Source: Octopus vulgaris (Eukaryota). Taken from it: a stretch of 64,000 nt of DNA. The translations under genes were made by a program, and so were the position numbers. Below the pieces are notes generated by a model. The model had not been told where the DNA came from and did not search any database. It was given only the letters and a program-made list of their open reading frames with translations. The stretch is taken from contig OX597836.1 of NCBI GenBank assembly GCA_951406725.2, positions 48,546,001 to 48,610,000 of the forward strand. Reading direction: 5' to 3'. Shown here one piece after another: positions 36,735 to 49,237 of this stretch (its first letter is position 1; every line of letters begins with the position of its first letter).

Positions 36735-37619
36735 GTAGGTACCATCTACTTTCATTTTGTATTTTCCCTTATTTTTTCGGTTTTCTGTTTTCTAGTTTGT
36801 TTTCAAATGTCATTATCACAAATGTTGTGGCTTTTAAATGTTATCCAAGTCTCAGGTTCTAAACTCGTTGCTACTTAAGTCATTATGTTGCTTCTTGATT
36901 TCACTGGTTGCTAATTACATGCAAGTGGATCCACTGAGTTTGGAGAGGAGTCGATCAACTGTTAAAATAATTGGGGACCACAGTTTGACTTCAGAGTTGA
37001 GTATGGTTACTTTTATAAAGTCAAAGATACAAAAAAATAAAATAATAATAAATGAATAAAAAAAATGTAGTTCTTTTAATTTTGGCACAAGGTCCTGAGT
37101 TCTTATCATCATCATCACCAATGTCCATTGTCTATGCCTGTATGGGTTGGACGGTGTGACCAGAGCTGGGGAGCTGGACCAGGTTCCAGTCTGATTTGTC
37201 ATGGTTTCCACAGCTGGATGCCCTTTACACAGTGTACTGGGTGCTTTTACATGATACCACATGTGTGCTTCTATGTGGCCCTGCCATAAGGATCGGTCTT
37301 AACACTCCGGCTGTGGAGTACGGGTCTTCTTGCGTATGGCAAGGCATCAGGCATCTCAGTTCTTTGTCATCTTGCCTAAAAGGTTCCAGGGCCTGAGGTC
37401 ATTCTTCTGCACTTTGTCCCATGTCTTCCTGGGTCTCCCACTTCCACATGTTCCATCCACTTTCAGAGATCAGCAACTTTATTTATCGACCCTGAAAGAA
37501 TGAAAGACAAAGTAAACCACAGCAGAATTTGAACTCAGGACATGAGTCAGCAAAAATATTACAGAATTTTTTTTCTTTTTTGACCATGTTTTTCCACTTG
37601 CTTTTTTCAGCATTTTTTT

Positions 37620-38300
37620 CCAATCATCATCATCCATCATTTTGAATCCAAGTTTTGTCCCCGTTAACAAGGGTGGCTGGATCTACCTCAATGCCATAGC
37701 AACCGCCCTCAAACCATCTCACTTAGTTTTGGGCATCCTCCGTTCTCAAGCCAGCCTTCCCAATTTCCTCCCCCACTTGTCCCCTCCACATTTTCCTTGG
37801 TCTACCTTGCTTTTGCTGTCCGTTTACCTCAAACTCTAGCACCCTCTTCAGCACATGCTCCTCATCCCTCCTCAACACATACCCATACCACCGCACTCCA
37901 TTCACCTTTGTCAACCGTTCCACTGATTCCTCCAGCCCCAGTATCCCCATCAAGTCCTCAGCCCTTCTCTTATCAAACAGCCTCATGCCACACATTTCTC
38001 TCACCATGGCTCTCTCAGTCCTCCTCGAAACTACCATCTCCCTCCCCCTCAGACACCATGTCTCATTCCCTTACAGCATTGCAGCTCTCACACAACTCCT
38101 ATAGACCCTTCCTTTCATCTTCAATGAGAACCTTTTCCCATATATCAATGATCCACATCCCCTGAAATTCACCCAGCCAAGTCTCGCTCTTGCTTTCGCA
38201 GCTGCTCCACATCTACCACTTACACCCACCCTATCTCCCAAATAACAGAACCGTCTCCACCTCGTCACATACACTGACTTTGCCAGCCCTCCACTTCCTT
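37620..38300 (-). mobile_element. 5'-truncated RTE-clade LINE (ORF2 C-terminus, disrupted)
   Basis: FCYLGD..ARARLGWVNFR..FSLKMKGRVYRSCVRAAML and RTERAMVREMCG..VRWYGYVLRRDEEHVLKRVLEFEVNG..GRPRKMW; (GAT)n tail. Confidence 0.9.
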
Positions 38301-38384
38301 TCTCACATCTTCCACAAACAACCTATTTGTGTACATATTTTAATGCTTCAAACCATTGTAAAAGTCTTTGTATATATATATATA

Positions 38385-38583
38385 ATCACCATGTTGAATC
38401 GCTAGCTTCTGCACGCATTTTTTTTCTCTCCTTGTTTTTTTCTGTGTATCTTTCTGTTGAAGAGTTTAGGCTCGAAACGTAAAAGACTTGTTTTATTTAT
38501 ATTCCTGAGCGCCATACTAATACAATTGTTTATTTGTACTCCACCTGCCTTCGTCTTTTGTTTATTTTCATAAAGCTTCCCGT
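38385..38583 (+). mobile_element. Penelope-like short repeat with hammerhead-like motif
   Basis: Same family as 28545-28712 and 63275-63592. Confidence 0.65.
38449..38486 (+). ncRNA. Putative minimal type I hammerhead ribozyme, variant core
   Basis: TCTTT-CTGTTGA-A-GAGTttagGCTC-GAAA-CG-TA-AAAGA: stem I TCTTT/AAAGA, stem II GAGT/GCTC, palindromic ACGT stem III. A6 is replaced by U. Confidence 0.55.
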
Positions 38584-38650
38584 TATATATATATATACCT
38601 CTCTGTGTCACAGCTGTGTAACTTTTCAATGTTCTATTTTAACCAATTAG

Positions 38651-38775
38651 GACTTCTATTTTGATGCCAATCGCTTAAAAGAAGGCAAACCCCCAACAGA
38701 CAGGTGCTGCCATGCCTGTGGTAAGATCGGACACATTCTCGTCGAGTGTCCCATGAAGCGTAGCAAGAGGAACAA
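38651..38775 (+). CDS. TUT4/7: TUT4/7 coding exon 21 (CCHC zinc knuckle 2)
   Basis: DFYFDANRLKEGKPPTDRCCHACGKIGHILVECPMKR; ATTAG / GTATGT; phase 0 to 2. Confidence 0.96.
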
Positions 38776-39531
38776 GTATGTCAGCTTTTTTTTTTCTCCC
38801 CATCCTTCATCTAATAACTATTCCTCTCTCCTCCTTTTCTCCCCCAACTGCTGTTTCTCTTTCCTTCTCTCTCCCCACCTCCTCCTCTTCATCTCTCCTC
38901 TTGCTTCCAGGAGTACAAAATATGACAGATATGTGTGGATTCGTGTCTCCATATGTGTCCTTGTGTGGAGTAAAGTGTGTGTGTGTATATATGATCATGT
39001 GTGTCAGTCTCCATTTGCATATGTGTGCTTGTCTGTTCTTATAACCTATGTACCTATCCGTCTCTATGTTGATCTGTTTATTTTCATATCCATATGCTTA
39101 CATACAAAAAAAAAACACTCACACCCACACACACACATACATACATCTATCTACATAAATCTACATAACAGTCCACTAACTATTCTACTCTACCTGTGTA
39201 AACTGGGTATGGACGTATTGTATCTACTCTGTATATTTCCTATTTAGTATTTGGGAGGTTTCATTTATAAGGACGTACTCTTGCATTTGTCTGAGTATTG
39301 GATCTTTTGGGTGCTTGGATAAATGCAGATGTCAAGTTGACCCAAGTAGATATAATACTAGTAATAGCACAAATACTGATACCCATGTCGATGTAATAGT
39401 TATGTGGTCAGCGTTGAATTGTATTTTTATTACATCCCGTATGTAGACCGGTGAATAATACAAATTACTTTGAAATACTGCATACATAGTAAGTAGTTAG
39501 TAGTACAAAATATTGCCGATATTATATACGT

Positions 39532-39705
39532 AGGTGCAGGAGCGGCTGTGTGGTAAGTTGCTTGTTTCCCAACTACGTGGTTCCAGGTTCCATCCCACTC
39601 TGTGGAATCTTGGGCAAGTACCTTCTATTGTAGCCTCAGGCTGACCAAAGCCTTGTGAGCGGATTTGGTAGGTGGAAACTGAAAGAAGCTTGTCGTGTGT
39701 GTGTG

Positions 39706-39752
<47 letters not shown>

Positions 39753-39799
39753 TCATCATCATCATCATCATCGTTTAACGTTGATGATGATGATGATGA

Positions 39800-39843
<44 letters not shown>

Positions 39844-40050
39844 TTGTATGTCTATGTTTGTCCCCCGCCACCATTAATGGACAACCAATGTTGGTGTATT
39901 TACATCCCCGTAACTTAGTTCGGCAAAAGAGCCCAATAGAATAAGTACTAGGCTTACAAAGAACGAGTCCTGGGGTCGATTTGTTCGACTAAAGGTGGTG
40001 CTCCAGCATGGCTGCAGTCAAATGACTGAAACAAGTAAAAGAATAAAAGA
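39532..40050 (+). mobile_element. Family A SINE with internal microsatellite palindrome
   Basis: Full head and tail present; central (AT)n expanded. Confidence 0.85.
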
Positions 40051-40681
40051 ATATAATATACATTATTTACATTTGACGGATATTTATATAATTTATATTG
40101 ATAATTATCAATAGAATAATAAAAGTGACTGATCAGCCTTATTACTTCTGGACAAACAAGACTGTTGTGCTTAATCAGAGAGTTAGCTGTAGAAAGAAAA
40201 AAAACTTGATATGGTCGAAGAAAACTGAATGTAATTTTGAACTGATTCTATTTTAGTCTAAATGAAGTGCAGAAGCCAACTCCTCAGAAATTCTGTTCGA
40301 AATTGTTTTCCCTGTGTAATATTTAATATTATAAAATGGGGGGGTTGGCGTTAGGAAGGGCATCCAGCCGTAGAAACACTGCCAGATCTGACTGGGCCTG
40401 ACGAAGCCTTCCAGCTTCATGGACCCCAGTTGAACCGTCCAACCCATGCTAGCATGGAAAGCGGACGCTAAATGATGATGATGATGACATAAAAATACTG
40501 ACGGTATATGCCAGAGTTTGTAGTAAAGAATTCCTACAAACTTCATTTGAATGCTGGCCATCTTTGAGATAGAAATTTCCTTTGGTCTTCATTTGTTTAA
40601 TATTCAGTAAGATGGCTCTCCAGTTTGTTGAGGGGGAAACATTGTATGTGAACCTGTTATTTTTTTTTTTTTTTGTTTCAG

Positions 40682-40776
40682 AGAGAACAACAACAACAAT
40701 AAGCAAGATGCTTCACAACAGAAGAGGGACAACATGGCCATGAACAGAGAAAACTGGGGTAATTCGCATCATCAAA
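40682..40776 (+). CDS. TUT4/7: TUT4/7 coding exon 22
   Basis: Poly-T tract then TTCAG; ENNNNNKQDASQQKRDNMAMNRENWGNSHHQ; phase 2 to 1. Alternative same-phase donor at 40758. Confidence 0.75.
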
Positions 40777-41239
40777 GTAAATATCTCAGGCATTGTTTTA
40801 TTTATTTTTTTGTTGTTTTTGTTGTTTGAAATGTGGTTGATTGAAAGGATGAAGTTTACATGTATGAAGCCTTTGAACTGTCTGAGCCTACACACACACA
40901 CACACAGGGCTTCCCCACAGTTTCTGTCTAAAAAGTTATGCTAAGCTTATTAGAATGGCTGTTGAATGGATGCTGCAAAGGATCACCAGCTCATTGTGAT
41001 CATAGCTGGCTGCTGTTGATAGCATTTCATTTTGCCTCCAGCAAAAACGGTTAACACGGAATTCTGTTCAAGTAACTCAATCCAAAACAGTTTGATTGCA
41101 AAGCAAGCCTCCCCCACAGCCATATTATGTGTGTGTCTATTTGTGTATCTTTCTTTACTTGTTTTAGTTATTAGAGTGTGGCCATGCTGGGGCACTGTCT
41201 TGAAGAGGTTTTAATGGAATGAATTGACCCCAGGACATA

Positions 41240-41820
41240 TGGATGAGGACAGCTGTGTGAAGAAATGTCACACATTAACAGTCGAAGAAACCTGTTGAAG
41301 TGGTAGACTCAGGAAGACATGGGATGAGGTGGTGAAGCACGACGTTCGAACATTGGGCCTTACAGAGACAATGACAAGCAACCGAGACCCTTGGAGATGT
41401 GCTGTCCTCGGAAAGCCAAGTGAGACTGTAGCCATGGCTGATGCCAGTGTCACATAACCGGCCCATTTAAAAATACCCTTCAGTCGTCAGGCAATATGCT
41501 GTGCTTGAGAAGACCTGAGGAGTCAATTAAAACTGTAGTAGTGCCATTCAACAGGCACCCGTGCTGGTGGCATGTAAGAGGCACCATTTGAGTGTGGTTG
41601 ATGCTGGTGCCTACTGACTGGCCCCTGTGCCAGTGGAATGTAAAAAGCACCTACTACACTGTTAGAGTGGTAGTGTTAGGAAGGGCATCCAGCTGGAGAA
41701 ACCTTACCATATCAGACTGGAGCCTGGTGCAGCCTCCTGACTTGCCAGTCCCCAGTCAAACCATCCAACCCATGCCAGCATGGAAAGCGGACGTTAAATG
41801 ATGATGGTGATGATGATGAT
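41240..41820 (+). mobile_element. RTE LINE 3' end with tail
   Basis: GRLRKTWDEVVKHDVRTLGLTETMTSNRDPWRCAV-like C-terminus, then the shared tail and (GAT)n. Confidence 0.85.
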
Positions 41821-42347
41821 ATATATATGTATATAAAATTGACTGTTCTGTTAATGCAAGCTCAATAAAATGAAAGGACTCCACCCAGTAAGAGAGAAAT
41901 ATTATTTAGTGTTCAGTGTAAAGATAGAAGCTACTAGTAGTTTCTTATAGTAGATACTATACTAGTAGTATAGTATATACATATATGCACGTGTTTAATA
42001 CTAGGGTGTATAAATGATGGAAAGAAATAAAGCCAGCTGTAAGCAGACTAAGATGTTGTGTGATGTGTTGAGTTGTATTTCTTCCCAATGTCAAAACCAA
42101 GCTTGTGTGTCTGTGTTGGATAATTTGCCAAATATAAATAGGTTTTCTTCTAAGAAAGTCCTTTGATGTTGTTGTCATCATAAATGCCATGAAATAAGGA
42201 TTGGTTTGTTGGAAACATGGAATCAGTGGCAGAACTGGTTTATCAGTTTTGTGATGTTAAATGCCAAATGAACCACCATCTTGTTGTTGTTGTATGACTA
42301 AAAACTCTGTTTTTTTCTTTTTGCTTTCTTTTCTTCTTCCGCTGCAG

Positions 42348-42802
42348 GGCCACTGCAGCCCAGTCCACTCGTGCCTAATGCTGCACACGATGGCAGTAAC
42401 CAACATCGCCACATCCAGCATCATCACCATCATCAACAGAAGCAGCAGCACCAGCTGCAGCAGCAATATCATCAACAACAGCAACGCCATCATCAGCAAC
42501 AACTACAGCAGCACCACCACAAACAACAGCAGCAGCAGCAGCAACACCAAAAACAACAGCAACACTATCAACAACTTCAACAACAACAACATCTACTTCA
42601 ACAACAGCAGCAACACCACCTCCAGCAACAACAGCAACAGAAACATCTCCAACAACAACAGCAGCATCACCAACAGCAGCAGCAACAACAGAAGCATCAG
42701 CAGTTGCATCCTGGCTCTTCTTATCCAAATATGTACAGCATGAATTATGTCGGTTGGCCTACAGACAAAAACATGGCAGTTCAGCAGTTCCCTTCTACAA
42801 CG
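42348..42802 (+). CDS. TUT4/7: TUT4/7 coding exon 23 (polyQ/H tail)
   Basis: Strong acceptor CTGCAG, open frame PLQPSPLVPNAAHDG..Q/H tract..QQFPSTT, donor ACG|GTAAGC; phase 1 to 0. Confidence 0.8.
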
Positions 42803-43649
42803 GTAAGCTGACCCACCTCTGCATTTGCCCTTCACTTCCTTAGAAACTCAACCCTTTTGTTCTTTAACTCATATTCTTTATCTTCATTTAACGTCTGTTT
42901 TCCATGGATTGGATGGTTTGACAGGAACTGGCAAGCTGCAGAGCTGAACCAGGCCCTATTTATGTTGTTTCTATGGCTGGATGCCCTTCGTGGTGCCAGT
43001 AACTTTACAGAGTGTCTGGGTGCTTTTTTTACCATATTTCCCAGCTTATAAGTTGCACCCTTATTTCACAAGTATATTTTGTGGAAAAACTAATTTAATA
43101 TGCTTCATCATAGACTTACAGAAAGATAGCTTAAAGAGGTTTGGTGGGAGGCAAATGTATGATTCTGTGCATGTAAATACTCTGTTGCTGAAATAAAGTA
43201 GGAAACTTTGAATTTATCATAAATAAACTACATTATGAGAATACCGTTTGTTAACTTTTTTCTTCTTTTAGATCAACTGTTTTAGTTGTTTATATTTTGG
43301 TCAAGAGAATATATATACAGGATGTAAAACTTGTATTTCTGGCTGCAATGTCTTATGTAACTTCAATCGTCCACCAAGTGGCTCTCCTCTGCTATGATTT
43401 TGTTGTCATCCACTCATTGTGAATAGCTGAAAGGGTTGGAGAACTTTTCGTTTAGATAATTAAAAAATGTTTCATAAAAGTAATACAATCATTTAATAAG
43501 ACACACAACAGGTGTAGGTTATGTATGACGTGGAAAGAGGTTTCATGGGAAGATACGACTTACCCCACATAATTTCCGATGTACTGTAAGCAATTTGTCA
43601 TGAGTTTGTGCTTCACTTTTTATTGCTTCAAGCATGTTACCCAGCCCCA

Positions 43650-43780
43650 AACCCTTTTTTCTCTCCAAGCATTCTTGTCTTTCTTGACATTTTTGAGGTT
43701 TTCTATTTGTAACTTGGCATCACGAGAGAGTTGATCAATGTATGTCATTCTGGGTCATCCAACTTGAGAATTCCCTTGGC
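43650..43780 (-). mobile_element. Old RTE-like LINE C-terminal fragment
   Basis: Minus strand G*PRMTYIDQLSRDAKLQIENLKNVKKDKNAWRE resembles the GRP..TY.DQL..D...DR..WR motif. Confidence 0.6.
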
Positions 43781-44354
43781 TTTGGAATTTTTTCATGTAT
43801 TTAAAAGTGAAGAAAATGCATCTTTTACGTTGGCAAGTATGGCATTCATCATGGAAAAGGAAATCAAATCATATAAACCGCTAATCCATTCTTGTCCTGT
43901 GCAAATGGTATTATTTGAGCCTTTAGCATTTGTAGTAATAAGTGTGGGCAGAGAAATGTAGAAATGTGGTTTAGAAGTTCACTTCATGGCCATTCAGTTC
44001 CAGGTTCAATTCTAATGCATATTTTGTTGGCCAGTTTTTTCTTTGTAGCTGCTGCCTAGCTATGTAAGTGACTTGGGGACTGAGAGTTTTGTGGGTTGCA
44101 TTTCTCAAACTTGATAGGGGCAACACACACAAGTCTGAGCGATTGAGTCACTTATAAATATAAAGCGTTACTACTAAACTCAGGAATATATTTACTTTTG
44201 AATATTCAGTTTTGTTTCTCCTGTTTTTGCTTTGCATGTTTTGTTTGTTTGCTTCTTTCTTTCTTTCTTCTTTCTCTCTCTCTCTCCTCTTCTCCACGCC
44301 CCTCTGTCTATGAGCAAGTTGGATATCCACATATCTGTTTTGTCTCATTTCCAG

Positions 44355-44417
44355 GTGGTCAGTTCACACCTTCAACCGATTTCATCCATGGTGCCTTCAT
44401 CTCACTCTTGTCACCCG
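44355..44417 (+). CDS. TUT4/7: TUT4/7 coding exon 24 (alternative in-frame donor at 44513)
   Basis: TTCCAG acceptor; VVSSHLQPISSMVPSSHSCHP; CCG|GTGAGT; phase 0/0. No conserved motif. Confidence 0.6.
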
Positions 44418-45234
44418 GTGAGTGGGCCAGAGAGGGCAATGACAATGTTAAAACCAGCAACCCCAAACAAAAACAACCATCAACCAGTGCTACCGCATCG
44501 TCCCAACATACAGGTACAGCATCCCCTGTCCACGATATTTCTGCTCAATGACTGGACTCCAAAGATCTGGGGTTGTTTCAACTCTGCTTGCCATGGTCTA
44601 CCTTCCGAACTAAACAAAAAACCCAATGGGTTTCCCCAAACAGAGTCATTGAGTAGCGTTTCTCAGTGGTACCCAGATCAAGCTATGGGTTGGAGTCATG
44701 TGAGCCATGGTACCACTTATGGTTTTGTCAGGTTCCGGGTGTCAGTGCTTGCTCCACCCAGCAGTAGTTGGTTGTGTGGAGGTTTGTGGGGTGTTTTGTG
44801 ATGGTCTGGATAGGTTGTAGAGTAATCTGGGTATGTGATGTGGGGGAGAGGTCTGCTTAGGGTCTTATGTTGTACTTTGGCCACACCATGTGGGCAGAGA
44901 AGTGTGTGGTAGTGTGGGTGGGTTGTGTATGGGTACCATAGAAGAGTGTCTGTTGTGTGGTGGGTACAGTAGTGAAGATTGGGTGGGGTAGGGTGAGATG
45001 TAGTGTAGGAGTGTAAGTATGTTGTATAGGATACCTTGTAGTAGACCAGCCACCCTGCTATGTATGAAATACAGTGTGGAAGCCTTTTGATCTTCTATGA
45101 ATGCTTTATCATTAGAGTCCAGTTTTAGTGGTGTTAATTAGTAAACTTCATTTATAAGATTAACTTTATTGATAAGCTGTGCCACACACTTATGACTAAC
45201 TCCCTAATCCCCTGCTTTATATATATCATTTCAG

Positions 45235-45301
45235 GGTCCGAATACTCATTCTTATCAAAACCAACATATGTATTTAAACACACGACATGATCAAAATAGG
45301 C
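45235..45301 (+). CDS. TUT4/7: TUT4/7 coding exon 25
   Basis: TTTCAG acceptor; GPNTHSYQNQHMYLNTRHDQNR; C|GTAAGT; phase 0 to 1. Confidence 0.6.
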
Positions 45302-46917
45302 GTAAGTATCTTTGTCTCTCCAATGACTTGTGTTTGTTTGTTTGTTTGTTTGGCTGTGTGTCTTGGTTTCTTAAGAATAGCAAAAGGCTCCACGTGCTTT
45401 TGAATGCATCAGAGTGTTTGTGTATGTTTATATGTGTGTGTGTATGCATGTATATATCCTTTCTACTAAGGGCACAAGGCCTGAAATTTGTGGGGAAGGG
45501 ACTAGTTGTTGACATCGACCCCCAGTGTTTCACTGCTACTTAATTTATCGACCCCGAAGGGATAAAAGACAAAGTTGACCTCAGTGACGGCAGACGAAAT
45601 ACCGCTAAGCATTTCACCTGGCATGCTAATGATTCTGCCAGCTCGCCGCCATAATATGCAAGCATATATGTTTGTGTGGATGTGTGGGTAAGAAACTTCC
45701 TTCTCAATGCCGTACAATTTCAGTTTCAGTCCCTCTGCACAGCTCATCAGGCAATTGTTTCTACTATGACTCCTGACTGACCAAAGCTGTCTGAGGGGAC
45801 TTGAAAGGTGGAAGTTGAAAGAAGCCCATTGTATATATGTATGTATATGTTTATGTGTGTGTTTGTGTGTAGCCTTGTCTTGACGTCATGTGACCATTAT
45901 AAACAAGCATCATCATCATCATACAAGTGAAATTCTTCATTTCCAGTCTTCCATGAGAAACAGGCCTGGCCATGGGGAAATATTATGTTGCTTGGAAACA
46001 AGTAAGGGTTCGTGACAAGAAGGGCATCCATCTGTAGAAAGTCAGTCTCAATAAATTCTGGCTGACCCATGCAAGCCTAGTAAAGTGGACGTTAAAGCAA
46101 AGACGATACACAACACTAAGTTAGGGGTTCAGTAAAAGAGACTGGTGGAATTAAATACCAGACTTTAAAAAAAAATAAGTACTAGGGTTGACTTGTTCAA
46201 CTAAAATTCTTCTGCCCCAGCATGGCCACAGCCTAATTACTGAAACAAGTAAAAGATACAATATATATATGTCACATTAAGTAATAAAAAAGTTTCAAAA
46301 GCCTCGTTTTATATTGCACACATCATCATCATCATCATTGTCGTTTAACATCTGCTTTCCATGCTGGTATGGGTTGGATGGCTTGATTGAGGACTAGCGA
46401 GCCAGAAGGCTACACCAGGCTCCAATCAGATCTGGCAAAGTTTCTACATCTGGATGCCCTTCCTATCACCAACCACTCTGAGGGTGTAGTAGGTGCCACC
46501 AGCATGAGGGCCAGTCCGGTGGCACTGGCAACGACCATGCTCAAATGTTTACATATACATTGTAAATTATAGAAAATGTGTTGTATGTTTCTATTGTGTA
46601 TTTCTGTTCATAGACATTTATGTGTGTCTATAACTGGCCCTCTGTCGGTTACGATGATGAGAGTTCCAGTTGATCTAATCCACGGAACGGTCTCCTTGTG
46701 AAATTAATGTGCAAGTGGCTGAGCACTCCACAAACACGTGTACCCTTGATGGTAGTTCTCAAGGAGATTCAGCATAACACAGAATGTGACAAGGCTGGCT
46801 TTTTCTTGAAATACAGGTACAACTCAATTTTGCTTAAGGACACAATGCATCACCGGGAATCGAACTCACAACCTTACAATTGTGAGCTGAACCACTGGGC
46901 CATGCATCTTCAAGCAC

Positions 46918-46969
<52 letters not shown>

Positions 46970-47082
46970 TCAAGTGCACACAGTTGCATACACAGACATA
47001 CAGATACGTGCATAGCTGTTTGCTATTTATACGTTTTTGCTTATTTATTGTATTTAATTATTTCTTTAATTGTAATTATCAG

Positions 47083-47159
47083 GTGATTATTCTGCAGATG
47101 ACCTAAAAGGAAGCAACATGTACATGTGGGATTCCCACTCCAGGCAGCAACAATACTAA
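47083..47159 (+). CDS. TUT4/7: TUT4/7 probable last coding exon
   Basis: ATCAG acceptor; phase 1 reading RDYSADDLKGSNMYMWDSHSRQQQY then TAA at 47157-47159. Confidence 0.5.
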
Positions 47160-47572
47160 CAATGGATTTTGGGGGTTTTGATACTCTGGTAAGGAGCAGC
47201 CCAGTCGGCACTAACTGAACTCTGTTACCATCACACACACACACACGCATTCACGCCCCCCCCCTTTACATACACACAAATATATTCACACAGAATTGAA
47301 ATGCCATTTGATTTATTTTTTCAGCATACTATTTCAATCATCCCTTCTTTTCTCATTCATAAACACAAGAGTAGTTGATTATAGTAGATTATCTCGGTAA
47401 CCATGGGTGCTATGAGAAAAATACAAAGCCTGGCGTCACCACCGGACCATTCTACACATCTGTGTGATTTTTCGTGCAGTTCCACCCAGCCGTTTGACCA
47501 TGAATCCCAAGACAAGAAGGAATCGCCCTTGTCAAATTTATATATATGTGTATGTATGTATGTATATATATG

Positions 47573-47620
<48 letters not shown>

Positions 47621-47768
47621 TGCACACATACATTTTGTATGCGCACACACACACATGCACACATACATTTTGTATGCGCACACACACACACACACATCTG
47701 CTGCATGTCTATCCCTATAACTATCTGCTGTGTCCCTGCCTCTCTTTATCTCCCTATTTCTCTTGCAG

Positions 47769-48570
47769 GTAAACCTGACACTTTACCACCACCACCACCA
47801 CCACCCAGTGGACCCCTTCTACCATGGACCCAGCTTCCCATCTCGACCCTGCAGCGATGGCATTCTATTTCTGTATTCCAGTGATGTTGGTGCAGTTGTA
47901 CATAACAGATATTCGCCACTACCTGATGCAGTAAAGTTGCAGCTGAACTGCTGCCCTAAGTATGCAGCAGTCATGCAACTGCAACTTTATTGCTGCAGCT
48001 GTAGACTTTATTTGGTTTTTTTTTTTGTGGTGGGGGGTGGGGTGTTTTTGTTTTAAATTGATGGATATTTTTAACCTGAATCAAATTTTTAGACTTCAAA
48101 ATCATTTCACTTCATTTATCCTTAATTTACTTTTTATTATTATTATTATTACTTTTTATTTAAAGAGAAACAAATTTTTAAGCGCAACATCTACATACGT
48201 GTGCACGTGTTTGTGCATGTGATGTGGGGAGGACATTTTGTGTAAAAAAAAAAAGTTGGGGGTAGAGTATGTGTGTGTATGTGTGTGTGTGGAGGGTGGA
48301 GGGTGGGAAGAATGAGAGGCTGTGAAGTGATGGCAGATGTGGTATACATGTGTATGTGTTATGAAGCAGGGCGTGTTTGTGTGTGGCTGTGTGCACGCCT
48401 TTGGAATGGTGGTCGACATAATTGCGACGCAGTTGTGTCCGTGTGAGTGTGTAAAGAAGGCAGAAAGGGAGCAGTTGATGCCCGTATAACCTGGATGTTG
48501 ATTAGATGGGTTCACTGAATGACAACTGAACAGTCACCAACAGACAAACAACAGTGGAAATTTCAATAAA
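47769..48570 (+). other. TUT4/7: Probable terminal exon (3' UTR or alternative last coding exon)
   Basis: Strong acceptor CCTATTTCTCTTGCAG at 47768; candidate AATAAA at 48565-48570. Confidence 0.4.
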
Positions 48571-48972
48571 GGCAAACACACACACACATCTCGGCATCCA
48601 GCCTGGCCTCTTGTTGCTGTTCAATGGTTAAATAATCTAGCTTTGTTGCTTTTAGAAATGTTTGTTCTTCTGTTTTTGTCCGTCTACAACAGTGGAAATG
48701 TCCAGTTGTGACCTTTCTCTTTCTAATAGGGAGCTCTTGTGGATGTATACCTGTCCGTCTCAGTGGCCAGACTGGTGTGTTTAAACAACTACAACTCGGC
48801 TTAGACAGTATTGATAGCTCTTCTCTATGTAAACAGTCCTAGATTTATATATATTTATGTTTATTATCAGTTTAGGCAGCTTTTTATGGGGTCACAGATT
48901 TAGGCTGCTTCCCTTGTACATATTTACATTATTTACATTTGGCGGATCTTTGTCCTCATCTTGTTTGTTGTT

Positions 48973-49018
48973 AACACAACGTTTCGGCTGATATACCCCC
49001 CAGCCTTCATCACATGTC
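48973..49018 (-). ncRNA. Putative minimal hammerhead ribozyme (C3 to G)
   Basis: GACAT-GTGATGA-A-GGCTGgggggtatatCAGCC-GAAA-CG-TT-GTGTT. Confidence 0.55.
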
Positions 49019-49191
49019 TTGGGGAAATTTCAAACCTGGGTTCTCATTCCTAAGGTATTTTTCGATGTTGTTGTTATTATTACTGTTATTATTATTCAGG
49101 TCACTGCCTGGAATCGAACTTGGAATCTTGGGGTTGGTAGCCCTCGCTCTTAACCACTATGCCATATTCCCGTGGTTTGAAATTTCCCCAA

Positions 49192-49237
49192 GACACCTGA
49201 TGAAGGCTGGAGGTTATATCAGCCAAAACGTTGTGTT
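49192..49237 (+). ncRNA. Putative minimal hammerhead ribozyme (G12 to A)
   Basis: GACAC-CTGATGA-A-GGCTGgaggttatatCAGCC-AAAA-CG-TT-GTGTT. Confidence 0.6.

Larger units (their letters stand above)
4061..47159 (+). other. TUT4/7: Terminal uridylyltransferase 4/7-like gene (whole span; 26 coding exons plus probable 5' UTR exon)
   Basis: Hand-spliced exons give one continuous frame with compatible phases at every GT-AG junction. Domain order C2H2 ZF, inactive NTase, CCHC, active NTase, CCHC matches ZCCHC11/ZCCHC6. Transcription start not identified. Confidence 0.93.

Noticed and set aside
47157-47188. Stop-codon readthrough at TAA-CAA
   Set aside because: Context is not CARYYA, and splicing 47188 to 47769 in that frame hits another stop almost at once.
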